In this document: positions 10,872 through 21,738 of the stretch, in pieces
How positions within the stretch are numbered: position 1 is the stretch's first letter
Layout of the letters: each line of letters opens with the position of its first letter
Source of the DNA: an uncultured candidatus Porisulfidus sp.
Lineage (GTDB): Bacteria > Pseudomonadota > Gammaproteobacteria > Poriferisulfidales > Oxydemutatoraceae
Assembly (NCBI GenBank): GCA_965215125.1
Contig: OZ244052.1
Location: forward strand, 768,001 to 832,000
Direction: 5' to 3'
DNA: 64,000 bases
Made by a program: the position numbers and the translations under genes
The notes under the pieces: generated by a model
What the model saw: only the letters and a program-made list of their open reading frames with translations
Told to the model about the DNA's origin: nothing
Databases searched by the model: none

Positions 10872-12137
10872 ATGTAATGAAAAAAATCTCCATCATTTTT
10901 CTTATTTTACTCCTATTATTCGGGGGAATAGTCAGTGCGGAAACATCAAATGCTTCCAAGCCTAATATAATATTTATCATGGCCGATGATCTAGGCAAAA
11001 ACATACTTTCTTTGCCTAGGATAAAAAATGTAATTAAGATGCCTAATGTCGAGCGACTTGCCGCAGAGGGAGTAACATTCAAGAATGCTTATGCAACACA
11101 CCTCTGTTTTTCCACACGAGTAAAGTTACTAAGTGGACGAGCGGCAATAAATACAGGAGCCTATTGGAATCAATATCCGAAAGGTGGTGTTGTGAATAGG
11201 ATAGCCGACGAAGGACGTACTACGGGATTTTACAAATATTTTAACGACGGCGATTCGAGTATATATCCTTTTATAGACACTCAATATACACCCAGCTTTG
11301 CGCTACCGCTCAAGCAAGCAGGTTATACAAATGCAGTGGTCGGCAAATGGCACCTAAACGATACTGTTAAGCAGCGTCGTGTTTTCAGAACATTCGGCTT
11401 TGACCAATGGATGATGTCTAATAGCCATGTAGCCCCAGGTGCTTTAACCGATAAGGGATATTTGGTTACCCCTGCTAGATCTCATGTCGAAAAACTAACC
11501 GATTTCGTTGTCGATTTCATCACGGAAAATAAAGATAAACCTTTCTTTGTCTATTATCCCATGCATTTAGTACACGAACCTTATGTAATGCCCGCCAATC
11601 CAATAGGGCATCTAACACATACTTTGGTAGAGAGACATATTGCCATGATTGAATATGTAGACCAAATTATAGGAAGTTTAATAAAAACCTTAGAGACATT
11701 AAATATAAAAGACCGAACTATTATCTTTTTCTCGGGCGACAACGGAGATGCTTCTGAATATCGTTCTTTGTATGAACTTATTCAAGGACCTGAAAAAAGC
11801 AAAGAACAACCTTTCCGTGGTAAAGGTTCTCTATACGAGGGTGGTGTCAATGTACCTTTGATCGTGAGCGGCGGTCCTGTCGTGAAAAGAGGAGAAACCG
11901 AAGCGTTGGTGGATTTTACCGATATCCTGCCCACACTTGCCGATCTCGCCGGTCTCTCCGTTATTAGAAAAAAACGCGAAAACAACGGTGATTACAGAGG
12001 AATAGCTGATCAATATGTCTCCGTAGCAGGACTATACAAAGGAGACGGCTATTCCATAGCACCCTTTCTAACCGGACAAACCGATGACACACCACGAAAA
12101 TGGATGATGTATGCGTCAGGCGATATCATCGTACCTA

Positions 12138-13208
12138 TCATACCAAGCAATATCGTAGTACGCAATAAAGTGTACGATGCCATGACATATTGGACAAATG
12201 GGGACAAAAGGAAGCAAGCTGTTGTGCCGGTGTTTTATAGGCTAGACTTTGGTGCGGTCTCCTGAAGTTATACCGCCCGAGATACTCAAATAATACGTCG
12301 TTAAATTGTGCTAAATCGGTCACTAAAATATCCTCATGATGTGCTACAAACTCCTCCTGAATGGTACGGTTAAATCTCTCGTCTATGGCATTCATTTTCG
12401 GGCAACGAGGATAAGTATAACAGTGTTTAATGTTGTGTCGTTGTAGATAAGCCTCGAAGTCGCCGGCAAACTCGCTCCCGTTGTCGGTCAGTACTTGAGA
12501 GAGGTTGCCGGGGAATACCGTGTCCACCAATCTTGCGAATGTCGCAGCATTTTTACTGTGGGCGCGTCGGCAGGTAATGGCAACGGCAAAACGGCTGTAG
12601 TGGTCAATCGCAGTGAACAGATAATAGCGTGTTCGATTAACGAAATAATGGATAGTATCCATAGCCACGCAGTGTCCGGGAAATTGCGCTTTGGCATCTT
12701 TGCTGAGACGGTTGCGTGGTTGAGAAGTCTTGCATTTGTGTTTTCTTTTAGAGAGTTTAGGGGGCGAACAGCGCATGTTGTCGGATGCATCGGCAATCAA
12801 CCGTGCAATGGTGCGCGGCTTCGGACACTGCAGTTCGCGTGCATCACACCACGGCTTTAAGAAGTAATAAATCTTCGGCGCACCCATATTCGGATAGCTG
12901 TGTCGCAGTCGCCTAATCTCATCGCTGATGTGAGTAGACCAATTACGGCGACGATGCTGCCGAGGTGCTTTACTTGCGTCTCGCAAAGCGGATACACCGC
13001 CCTCGTCAAAGCACTTTTTCCAGCGGTATAGGGTGGAACGGCTCACCCCGACAAAGTCTTGGGTTGCGTTTAAGCCGTGTTTGTTCCAAAATTCTAATGC
13101 ATTAAGTTTTTGTTTGGCATCTGTTGCCATCATAGCCTCCGTTTTGTTGGAAAAAGAGGCTATTTTATAAAAACCTGTAATGCGGTAGCCGATGTGCTGG
13201 TTTTGCAT
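12138..13208 (-). CDS. IS481-family transposase (integrase core)
   Basis: HTH GVSRSTLYRW; DDE in AMDTI, LTDNGSEF, NAIDERFNRTIQEEF; YNFRRPHQSL. Confidence 0.93.
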   Translation of the reverse strand: MQNQHIGYRITGFYKIASFSNKTEAMMATDAKQKLNALEFWNKHGLNATQDFVGVSRSTLYRWKKCFDEGGVSALRDASKAPRQHRRRNWSTHISDEIRRLRHSYPNMGAPKIYYFLKPWCDARELQCPKPRTIARLIADASDNMRCSPPKLSKRKHKCKTSQPRNRLSKDAKAQFPGHCVAMDTIHYFVNRTRYYLFTAIDHYSRFAVAITCRRAHSKNAATFARLVDTVFPGNLSQVLTDNGSEFAGDFEAYLQRHNIKHCYTYPRCPKMNAIDERFNRTIQEEFVAHHEDILVTDLAQFNDVLFEYLGRYNFRRPHQSLAYKTPAQQLASFCPHLSNMSWHRTLYCVLRYCLV

Positions 13209-13311
13209 GTCGGCTACTTTGATTTAAGAGGTATTTTTCCACTAGGAAAAGTACTTTTCCTAGTGGAAAGATTAGGTTCTAAAGAGTCCAATATGTATCT
13301 GGCATTGTACA
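12171..13311 (-). mobile_element. IS481-family insertion sequence
   Basis: TGT...ACA ends; imperfect IRs TGTACGATGCCATGACATATTGGAC / TGTACAATGCCAGATACATATTGGAC; 5-bp target duplication TAAAG (12166-12170, 13312-13316). Confidence 0.92.
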
Positions 13312-14562
13312 TAAAGAATTCAAGCTATGGGCAAAATGGGAAGACAACAAATACCGAGGATATAAACTCTATGATTTATACAACGACCCCTACGAACAAA
13401 CCAATTTATATGACAGCACGGATCAAACCATTCTCTCGGCTAAGCAACGACTAAACAATATATTGGATAACATTCCTCAACCTACACGGATAGACGAATA
13501 TTTTGATCCGGTAGATTGGAATTACGGCATGCTGTCTCATTGGTCCATGAATCAACCGGAATTTTTAACAGATGCAAATAAATTAGCCGATACCGAAGGT
13601 GGTTACGATGTGCACGATACCGAAATTGTTTTTGATAAACAAGGGAGATTCAGACAAGCAATCAGAGCAGACCGTCTACAGGTTCCTTATTCCAAAGGGT
13701 TGTTTTATAACTTTATCATCGGTGACAACACAAAGCTTTTTAACCGACGCGATAAAGGAATATTCTATAAAGGAATCACGAAATTGATAAAGACGAACAA
13801 AACACTAATGGAATTTTCAAACTCTTTTTATACTAAGTGGTTTCCTCCTAATAAATACCCTTCGAGAAGAGGAGATAGAGAAAAATTTCTCACCGGCATG
13901 ACCGTGTCGGCATGGATACAAACTCCACAACCCAAGCAAGATATTTATATTCTAAAGCAACCGTATGCCGACAAAGAAGGTAATTTAATAAGTTTTTCCA
14001 TCACCGAAGATACAACCGTCAATTTTGAATTAACCACGAACGATAAAACCCATAAGCTGGAAAGCAAAACTTTAGACCGCACACCTTGGGGACAATGGGT
14101 GCACATCGCAGCAACATGGGACGGGCGTGGCGAATGTGGTGAAACCATTCTTTATGTCAACGGTGCGCGTGTCGCCCGAGCGTGCTTGGGAAAACCTCTG
14201 TCGGCAGACGATACCGACAACCTATTGCTGGGCGGCTTTGCCGAAGATCCGAAAACCAATCATCCCGAAACCTTGATAGACGACATTGCCCTATGGCGGC
14301 AACCGTTGATGCCGATGCAAATAGAAGCGTTGTATCGGCTCGGCAATCGTTTCTCTTACGATGCCTCACAAGTCGATGCTTTGTTCAATACACCCGAGAA
14401 TAATGGTATAACAAAAATCAGGGATCGGGTGTGGCATCGTGCCGAATTAGAAGAAACGACCGATACGAATCGTTTGATGATTCTAGAATTTCGCAACGAA
14501 GTCAAGGTTCAATTCGGGAATGTGATGGCAATTCGCCTAAAAATATAAGGCCGACAATTCGT

Positions 14563-16407
14563 TCACTCTACGGTAACCGATTTTGCAAGGTTGCGGGGTT
14601 GATCTATATCGGTGCCTTTCAACAACGCCGTGTGATACGCCAGTAATTGCAGGGGTATCGTGAATAAAATCGGAGAAACCGCATTCTCAAAGGCATTCAA
14701 TCGTATTACTCTCAAAGATGACTTTTCATCCGATTGAAACCCGGTGCCGGAGTCTGCAAAAACATGCAAATGCCCACCCCTCGCTCGCACTTCTTTTAGA
14801 TTGGATTTTAGTTTAGATAGTAATCGGTCGTTGGGTGCGACCGCAACGACCGGCATATTAAAATCCACTAAAGCCAACGGGCCATGCTTGAGTTCGCCGG
14901 CGGCATAAGCCTCGGCGTGTATGTAAGAGATTTCCTTCATTTTGAGAGCACCTTCCATAGCGATCGGGTAATGCAGACCTCGCCCCAAAAATAGTGCGTG
15001 TTGCTTGTCGGAATACTCTCTTGCTAACAGACGTATCTGCTCCTCGCAATCTAGAATCTGCTCCAAACGCACAGGCAGGTTGCGTAATTGTCCGACAAGA
15101 TCGGAGACTGCCGATTTCGTCAAACATCGCCGTTTACCAAAAAGTATGGTCAGTAGCAACAGAACGGTAAGCTGCGTCGTGAAGGCTTTAGTTGAAGCCA
15201 CACCTATCTCGGGACCGGCATGGGTCATCAATACCGCATCTACTTCACGGGTTAGGGAACTCTCATGCACATTACAAATAGCCAATGTTTTGAAATAACC
15301 GTGTTGTTCGGCAATCCGTAGTGCTGCCAAGGTGTCCGCAGTCTCGCCCGATTGAGAAATTACAACCAGCAAAGTGTGCGGAGGCACACAGTGATGTCGG
15401 TATCGAAATTCGCTGGCAATCTCGGCACTACAAGACATATTTGCAAACTCTTCCAACCAATAACGGGCGACGAGTGCGGCGTGATAGCTGGTTCCACAGG
15501 CAACGATATGCACCTGTTCGGTACGATCGAGAAACTCGGTTGCATCGGGAGAAATAATATTGTCCGGAATATCGTTGGCAAGCAAACGTCCTTCGAGCGT
15601 ATCGGCGATAACACGAGGTTGATCGTATATTTCCTTCTGCATATAGTGTTGATATTCGCCCAAGTCGCTGTTATACGATGCCAATGATATTTCATGATGT
15701 TTGCGCACTACAGGTTTCAAATCACTATCAAAAATATACACTTGATCTCGGCTAATCTCGGCAATGTCACCGTTTTCCAAATGAATAAAGGTTTGAGTAA
15801 CCGAGGACAACGCCTGTATATCCGATGCTGCGTAGTTGGCACCCTCTCCGATGCCGATTACCAGGGGACTTCCTTCCCGCACCAATACGACGCTTTCGGG
15901 ATTTTGTGCGTCAAGCACAGCTAGGCTATATGCGCCTTCAAGGTCGTTTATGGTTTTTGATATCGCACCCAATAAATCCTTATTTTGCCGTAAATAAAAT
16001 ATAATCTGGTGTGCTATGACTTCGGTATCGGTTTCCGAATTAAACTCGAAACCCTCGGATTTTTGCGCCTCCTTCAAAACTTCGTAATTTTCTATGATGC
16101 CGTTGTGGACGATAGCGATACGGTTATCGGAAATATGCGGGTGTGCATTTGCTCTATCGGGTGCGCCGTGGGTCGCCCAGCGGGTATGCGCTATGCCGAT
16201 ATGGCTACGGCATGGTGTTGATTTTAATAATTCCTCTAGTTTAGCTACCTTACCCAAACATCGTACGCGTTGTATGGGGACATCACCGTCATCGTTCAGC
16301 ACCGCAATACCGGCGGAATCATAACCACGGTATTCCAGTCTGAATAACCCTTCCATTAAAATATCGCTTACATCGGATGCTGCAATCGCAGCGACTATGC
16401 CACACAT
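14563..16407 (-). CDS. glmS: Glutamine-fructose-6-phosphate aminotransferase
   Basis: MCGIV start, RLEYRGYDSAG, HTRWATHG, QPRNLAKSVTVE. Confidence 0.99.
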   Translation of the reverse strand: MCGIVAAIAASDVSDILMEGLFRLEYRGYDSAGIAVLNDDGDVPIQRVRCLGKVAKLEELLKSTPCRSHIGIAHTRWATHGAPDRANAHPHISDNRIAIVHNGIIENYEVLKEAQKSEGFEFNSETDTEVIAHQIIFYLRQNKDLLGAISKTINDLEGAYSLAVLDAQNPESVVLVREGSPLVIGIGEGANYAASDIQALSSVTQTFIHLENGDIAEISRDQVYIFDSDLKPVVRKHHEISLASYNSDLGEYQHYMQKEIYDQPRVIADTLEGRLLANDIPDNIISPDATEFLDRTEQVHIVACGTSYHAALVARYWLEEFANMSCSAEIASEFRYRHHCVPPHTLLVVISQSGETADTLAALRIAEQHGYFKTLAICNVHESSLTREVDAVLMTHAGPEIGVASTKAFTTQLTVLLLLTILFGKRRCLTKSAVSDLVGQLRNLPVRLEQILDCEEQIRLLAREYSDKQHALFLGRGLHYPIAMEGALKMKEISYIHAEAYAAGELKHGPLALVDFNMPVVAVAPNDRLLSKLKSNLKEVRARGGHLHVFADSGTGFQSDEKSSLRVIRLNAFENAVSPILFTIPLQLLAYHTALLKGTDIDQPRNLAKSVTVE

Positions 16408-16412
16408 CGTTT

Positions 16413-17789
16413 CTATTTCTTCGTCGGTCGCCGCCAGCCTTTTACGGTGGTTTGTTTGCAACGCGATAATGTCAATTCATCGGCAGGTACATCGTGGGTG
16501 ATCGTCGAACCGGCACCGATAGTGGCATTGGAACCTATCTCTATGGGGGCAATGATTTGCGTATCCGAACCTATAAATACATTGTCTCCGATGACCGTGC
16601 GGTGTTTATCGGCACCGTCGTAGTTGCATGTGATTGTGCCGGCACCTATATTGACCTTTGAACCCATCTCACTATCTCCTATATAGCTCAGATGGTTGAT
16701 TTTAGCGTCATGGCCGGTTGTGGTCTGTTTTATCTCTACGAAATTACCGATGCGGTTATTATCACCTATGTGCGTCTCGGGGCGCACTCGTGCATAAGGT
16801 CCTACGATGCAACATTTGCCGATACGGGTGCCTTCTATATGAGAAAAAGACCTCACCACCGTACCCGCTGCAATAGAAACATTTTTCAACACACTGTAGG
16901 CTTCTATCTTCACATCGTCGCCGAGCTTTATTTCCCCCTCGAGTATTACACCTATATCAAAGATAACACCTTTGCCGAGTTGTACTTCGGCACGCACATC
17001 TAAACGGTCGGCATCTTGGACTATAGCACCGTTTTCTATCAATTCCGAAACCCGAATACGCTGTAACAATCGCTCTGCCGCCGTATACTGATGGAGTGTG
17101 TTGATGCCACTGGCGCGCCATGTTTCTTTCAACTCGCAAACCCCTATATTCAAATCTTCGTCAACCGCAATCTGTATACAATCGGTCAAATAGTATTCTT
17201 GTTGCTTATTGTCGTTTGCTACTTTTGGTATTAATTTGCTTAGAGTATGCGCTTGTGCGGTCATAATACCTATGTTGACTTCCTCTACCTTGCGTTCATC
17301 AAGCGAGGCATCCGCCTCCTCCACAATACGCATCACTTTCCCGTCATCCGTACGCAACACCCTTCCGTAACCCGTAGGGTCTTTTAATTTTGCAGCCATA
17401 AAAGCAAGGTCATGCTGCGCTTGTAGAGCCAGCAACATTTTATAGCTCGATACATTGACAAACGGCATATCGGTATACGAAACTAAAACTTGGTCATCGG
17501 GTGTTATTGCGGGCAGTACTTGAGAAACTGCGTGTGCCGTGCCGAGCTGTTCGGCTTGTTGATGCCAATGTACATTATCCAATCCCGCAAAACGATTAGA
17601 AACCACCTCCCGAACCTGTTCGCTACCAAAGCCCACAACAATATGTAACTGTGCCGATTGAAGTTTCTGGAGTTCCCCGAGGACATGGAAAATAAGTGGT
17701 TCACCGCCCAACTCGCAGAGTGCTTTAGGTTTTGTGCCGCCCAGCCGCCGGGCTTTACCGGCTGCAAGAAGAACTATAGAAAGGCTCAT
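16413..17789 (-). CDS. glmU: Bifunctional UDP-GlcNAc pyrophosphorylase/acetyltransferase
   Basis: QLGTAHAV, GYGRV, EYYLTD, GNFVEIK, NIGAGTITCNYDG hexapeptide repeats; upstream of glmS. Confidence 0.97.
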   Translation of the reverse strand: MSLSIVLLAAGKARRLGGTKPKALCELGGEPLIFHVLGELQKLQSAQLHIVVGFGSEQVREVVSNRFAGLDNVHWHQQAEQLGTAHAVSQVLPAITPDDQVLVSYTDMPFVNVSSYKMLLALQAQHDLAFMAAKLKDPTGYGRVLRTDDGKVMRIVEEADASLDERKVEEVNIGIMTAQAHTLSKLIPKVANDNKQQEYYLTDCIQIAVDEDLNIGVCELKETWRASGINTLHQYTAAERLLQRIRVSELIENGAIVQDADRLDVRAEVQLGKGVIFDIGVILEGEIKLGDDVKIEAYSVLKNVSIAAGTVVRSFSHIEGTRIGKCCIVGPYARVRPETHIGDNNRIGNFVEIKQTTTGHDAKINHLSYIGDSEMGSKVNIGAGTITCNYDGADKHRTVIGDNVFIGSDTQIIAPIEIGSNATIGAGSTITHDVPADELTLSRCKQTTVKGWRRPTKK

Positions 17790-18008
17790 GGAATTACCAA
17801 AACTTAAAATTGCACAAATCAAATTTCATGGTTCGGTATTATACCTTAGGGTAAAATAGTCTTTATCGCAAAATTTATAAATCGGAACCGGAGACTTTGA
17901 CCCCATGTTATGTCAACACCCTCCTCGTGTACTCGGCTATACATTGTATAATGTACTATCGATGAATCGTAGTCACCGAGTTACATCATTTCAATATCTA
18001 CTTTTACT

Positions 18009-18758
18009 ATGTTTAACAAAAAATTCGTACAAGGCACGGTTATAGAAAATAAGCACTGGACAAAGCGATTATACTCGTTGAAAGTAGATGCTCAAATTCA
18101 AACCTTCCTACCGGGTCAATTTGGTCGTCTAGGCTTAGAGATTGAAGGCGAAGAAATTGCCCGTCCGTATTCCTTTGTGAATGCACCGACCGAACCTTTT
18201 TTGGAGTTTTATTCAATTATAGTGCCCGATGGGCTTTTGTCTTCTTGTTTGCACCGATTGCAACCGGAAGCCAAAGTTTGGGTCGCCTCTTCGCCTTCTG
18301 GATTTTTCACCTTAAACGAAATTCCCGAAGGACGCGAGCTTTGGATGCTTTCTACAGGTACCGCTTTAGGACCCTTTCTCTCAATATTAAAAACCGATGA
18401 ACCGTGGCAACGTTTCGATAAAATTGTATTAGTACACGCAGTGCGCACCGAAGAGGAACTAACTTATAAAGAAACGATAGCAGGTTTTAAGCAACGGTGC
18501 CCCGACCAATTTACAATGATACCTTTTGTTAGCCGAGAACGAATATCTTATGCCTTGCCGGGGCGTATACCTGCTGCGATTGAAAACGGTACTTTAGAGG
18601 AACGAGCCGATACTCCGCTAAATATCGAGAGTTCCCAAGTGATGATTTGTGGCAATCCCGATATGGTAAGCGATACCACCGATGTATTAAAAAACAAAGG
18701 TTTTACCAAAAACAGACGCCGAAATCCGGGCAATATCACAACCGAAAATTACTGGTAG
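18009..18758 (+). CDS. fpr: Ferredoxin-NADP+ reductase
   Basis: RPYSFVN, STGTALGPFLSIL, MICGNPDMV, C-terminal ENYW. Confidence 0.95.
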   Translation: MFNKKFVQGTVIENKHWTKRLYSLKVDAQIQTFLPGQFGRLGLEIEGEEIARPYSFVNAPTEPFLEFYSIIVPDGLLSSCLHRLQPEAKVWVASSPSGFFTLNEIPEGRELWMLSTGTALGPFLSILKTDEPWQRFDKIVLVHAVRTEEELTYKETIAGFKQRCPDQFTMIPFVSRERISYALPGRIPAAIENGTLEERADTPLNIESSQVMICGNPDMVSDTTDVLKNKGFTKNRRRNPGNITTENYW

Positions 18759-18778
18759 TGTTGGGTGATATCTATACA

Positions 18779-19669
18779 CTACACCTGTTCAATACGGTTT
18801 TTAATGGTACCGATTTTTTCTACTTCGCACTCTACAACATCACCGGGGCGAAGGTATTCCGGCGGCTTTCTCACATAACCGACACCGCTAGGCGTGCCGG
18901 TCGCAATCACGGTGCCCGGTTGCAAAGCCATAATCTTGGATATAGCCGAGATAACGGTAGCAACATCAAAAATCTGATTTTCCGTTGTATCGTCTTGCTT
19001 AATAACTCCGTTTACGCGACTGCGGACAAAAAGTGATTGCACATCACCAATGTCGGAGGCGGGCACTATGCAGGGACCCATCGGACAGCTACCCGGTAGG
19101 CTTTTGCCTAGAAAAAACTGTCGGTGCCGTTTTTGCAAATCTCTAGCCGATATATCGTTAACTACGGTATAGCCGAATACATAATCCAAGGCTCGTTCTC
19201 TACTTACTTTATAAGCGGTTTGCCCTATCACGACTGCCAATTCCGCTTCCCAGTCTATTTTTTCGGAAACTTCGGCATCGTAAGGAATGTTATCGTGAGG
19301 GCCGATCACCGTAGAAACATCTTTGGTAAATACGATAGGATACTTTGGCAAGTCTTTCTGTATAAGCGTATTGCCTTGAGTTTCCTTGACATGTTCGGAA
19401 TAATTCCAACCCAAGCACATAATGTTGCAAGGTGGACGAGGGATAGGTGCCTGCAAATTTTGTAATTCCATTTCAACTTTTGCACATTCGGGAGCAACAT
19501 CAGTCCACTTGACCAATCGAGCTAAGCCTTGACGACCTGTCTTAATCAGCGACAACATATCGGTATGGGGTTCCGACCAATCGGGATCAAGCGCAGGTAC
19601 CAAAATTTCCTTAGCCACCAATATGCCGACATACGATGTTCCCTTATCACTATAGTTAACTAGCTTCAT
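18779..19669 (-). CDS. Fumarylacetoacetate hydrolase family protein
   Basis: GWNYSEH, DWEAELAVVIG, NDISARDLQ, GKS, TGTPSGVG. Confidence 0.93.
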   Translation of the reverse strand: MKLVNYSDKGTSYVGILVAKEILVPALDPDWSEPHTDMLSLIKTGRQGLARLVKWTDVAPECAKVEMELQNLQAPIPRPPCNIMCLGWNYSEHVKETQGNTLIQKDLPKYPIVFTKDVSTVIGPHDNIPYDAEVSEKIDWEAELAVVIGQTAYKVSRERALDYVFGYTVVNDISARDLQKRHRQFFLGKSLPGSCPMGPCIVPASDIGDVQSLFVRSRVNGVIKQDDTTENQIFDVATVISAISKIMALQPGTVIATGTPSGVGYVRKPPEYLRPGDVVECEVEKIGTIKNRIEQV

Positions 19670-19750
19670 TGTGAATCTCTAGTTTGCATATATCCCAAAG
19701 TATCGCTATTTCCTTCATGCTCTAGTTTCTTTTATTCGTACGAAATATCG

Positions 19751-20152
19751 TTAATCTACATGAGCAACATATTTAGGCGTGTCGGTTAAAATGACTTCTA
19801 ACTCCTCGCCGTTGATTATAAACGGTTGATTAAGTTGTTCAAAAAACAAACTAAGCCCGACATCCCCGGAAACACGACAAGGCAAACGAATCGTATCATG
19901 ATAGACAAACACATTGTCTTGAAACTCGCCACTTTGCACTTTTTTCGGGAATTCCACTTTTGAGGCATCTAAAGGATCGTCAAAATCGCCTTTAACGAGG
20001 ATACGACCACTTTGTCTCCAGCTAGTGCGTTGTCGTGCTGCGTCCATCACTTTGATAATAGAGGCATCGGAGAATATCAGCGTATATTGATCTTTTTGAA
20101 ACTTCAAATCGGCAATCAACATGTCCGGTAGTTGAAGTAATCTATAACTCAT
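19751..20152 (-). CDS. Hypothetical protein (133 aa)
   Basis: ATGA overlap with the gshA stop; no motif recognised. Confidence 0.7.
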   Translation of the reverse strand: MSYRLLQLPDMLIADLKFQKDQYTLIFSDASIIKVMDAARQRTSWRQSGRILVKGDFDDPLDASKVEFPKKVQSGEFQDNVFVYHDTIRLPCRVSGDVGLSLFFEQLNQPFIINGEELEVILTDTPKYVAHVD

Positions 20153-21738
20153 ATCAAATCACTCAACTGAGCATAGTAGCCGGCTATATACTCGTCTAAC
20201 GATAAACTATCGGTCATTTCCAACCGTTCTTGCTCAGTAATGCTGTTTCGTGTTATTTTCTCGAATTGCTTCAAACGCTTCTCATCTATAGTGTCTTGCA
20301 TAAAATAATTTCTCTTCTTTATCGCATAACGTCCCACCAAGTCAACAAAACTTTCTCGATTTTCTCGCATTTCCTCAAGTATTAATGCCGAGGGGCACAT
20401 TCCGGGGTTGTGAAATTTTTCTATTTGCTTTTGCAATGCCGAACCATATACGGTGGTTGCGCATTGCTCATCCAATAAGCCACACACCGATTGCATTTGT
20501 CGGCATAGTTCTATTCCCCATTCTTTTAGCTTTCGATTTTTTCCTAAATCGTTCAACTCTAAATCGAGGCGACGACCTTGATGAGCAACTTCGATCTCGT
20601 TGCCGTCGATCATTTGCCATTGATCGACCTTGATCGCCGGGCTGTCGTTAAATAAACAAAAAAGCATCAACGCTTCTATAAAACAGAACTGTTCGGTAGA
20701 GACACCGGCATTTTGAAATATATCGACATCGAGCGACCTAAGTTCCACATATTCAACACCTTTTTGCTTCAATGCGGCAAGCGGCATGTCGTTGCCGGCA
20801 CTGCGAGGTTTGGGGCGCATCGTGGTGTAATATTCATTTTCTATTTGCAAGATATTGGCATTCAACTGCAAATGCTCGCCGTCTTTTTTCACGCCGATAC
20901 GCCTATAGGGCGCATATTCGGTACTCACCGCTCGCCATAAACTCAATACATATTGGTCAACGTTATCGTAACAGGCTTTGACACCGATTTTAGCCTCTTG
21001 GTTGTTTTGATAACCGATGTCTCCCATGCGCAACGAAGTCGCATAAGGAGCAAATAAAGTGCTATCGTCAAAGTACTCCAGATTGTGCGTATCACTCGCT
21101 GCAAAGGTTTTGCAAATAGCGGGAGAGGTACCGAACAGATAAGGGATTGTCCATGCTAGGCGCAAAAAATTTCGGATTAAACCCATATAATGTTCGGAGC
21201 GGAAATCGTGCATAGACTCGGTATTGCCTAAATACCGGCTATACCATTCCCAGAATGGTTCGCCCAAGGAGTAATTAAAGTGTACGCCTGCGATTACTTG
21301 CATAAACCGACCATAGCGATACCCCAAACCTTTTCTATAAATGGTTTTCATTCTACCGATATTAGAGGAACCGTAATAAGCAAGCGGAATGCTCGTCTCT
21401 CCCCTTACGATGCACGGCATGCTTGCACACCATAATAACTCCTCGCCTATATTGGCATATACATAACGGTGTATATCTTCTAGAAATTCTACCGCTTGTG
21501 CCGAATTGACCAGCGGCGGCGTTACAAATTCCAACAAAGCCTCCGAAAAATCTGTTGTAATATACGGATGTGTTAATGCAGAACCCAAGGCTTCGGGGTG
21601 TGCGGTCTTTGCTAAAGTACCGTCGGCTGCAACCCGCAAAGACTCTTTTTCTACGCCGACCAAGTGATGTTGCAAAGGCTTGCTCCGCTCCTCGGCAAGC
21701 GCACTTATAATTTTTTCTATTCTAGGGAGCGAAATCAC
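20149..21738 (-). CDS. gshA: Glutamate-cysteine ligase
   Basis: GVEKESLR, ITTDFSEALLEFVT, ATSLRMGDIGY, LQIENEYY, YVELRSLD. Confidence 0.97.
   Translation of the reverse strand: MISLPRIEKIISALAEERSKPLQHHLVGVEKESLRVAADGTLAKTAHPEALGSALTHPYITTDFSEALLEFVTPPLVNSAQAVEFLEDIHRYVYANIGEELLWCASMPCIVRGETSIPLAYYGSSNIGRMKTIYRKGLGYRYGRFMQVIAGVHFNYSLGEPFWEWYSRYLGNTESMHDFRSEHYMGLIRNFLRLAWTIPYLFGTSPAICKTFAASDTHNLEYFDDSTLFAPYATSLRMGDIGYQNNQEAKIGVKACYDNVDQYVLSLWRAVSTEYAPYRRIGVKKDGEHLQLNANILQIENEYYTTMRPKPRSAGNDMPLAALKQKGVEYVELRSLDVDIFQNAGVSTEQFCFIEALMLFCLFNDSPAIKVDQWQMIDGNEIEVAHQGRRLDLELNDLGKNRKLKEWGIELCRQMQSVCGLLDEQCATTVYGSALQKQIEKFHNPGMCPSALILEEMRENRESFVDLVGRYAIKKRNYFMQDTIDEKRLKQFEKITRNSITEQERLEMTDSLSLDEYIAGYYAQLSDLI

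Larger units (their letters stand above)
10877..14548 (+). pseudogene. Secreted sulfatase with a C-terminal LamG/concanavalin-like domain, disrupted by IS481 (reconstructs to 841 aa)
   Basis: Signal peptide, PNIIFIMADDLG, GKWHL, SGDNG, KGSLYEGG. Joining 12170 to 13317 restores one frame (VRNK-EFKL...LYDLYNDPYEQTNL) into 13463..14548 (TVSAWI, WVHIAATWD, LYVNG, IDDIALW). Confidence 0.9.

Noticed and set aside
13110-13454. 114-aa ORF at the IS481 end
   Set aside because: Chance frame across the IS junction; the real sulfatase continuation is in another frame
17939-17954. Near-palindrome TACATTGTATAATGTA upstream of fpr
   Set aside because: Could be an operator over a -10 box, but it is a single AT-rich instance with no assignable regulator
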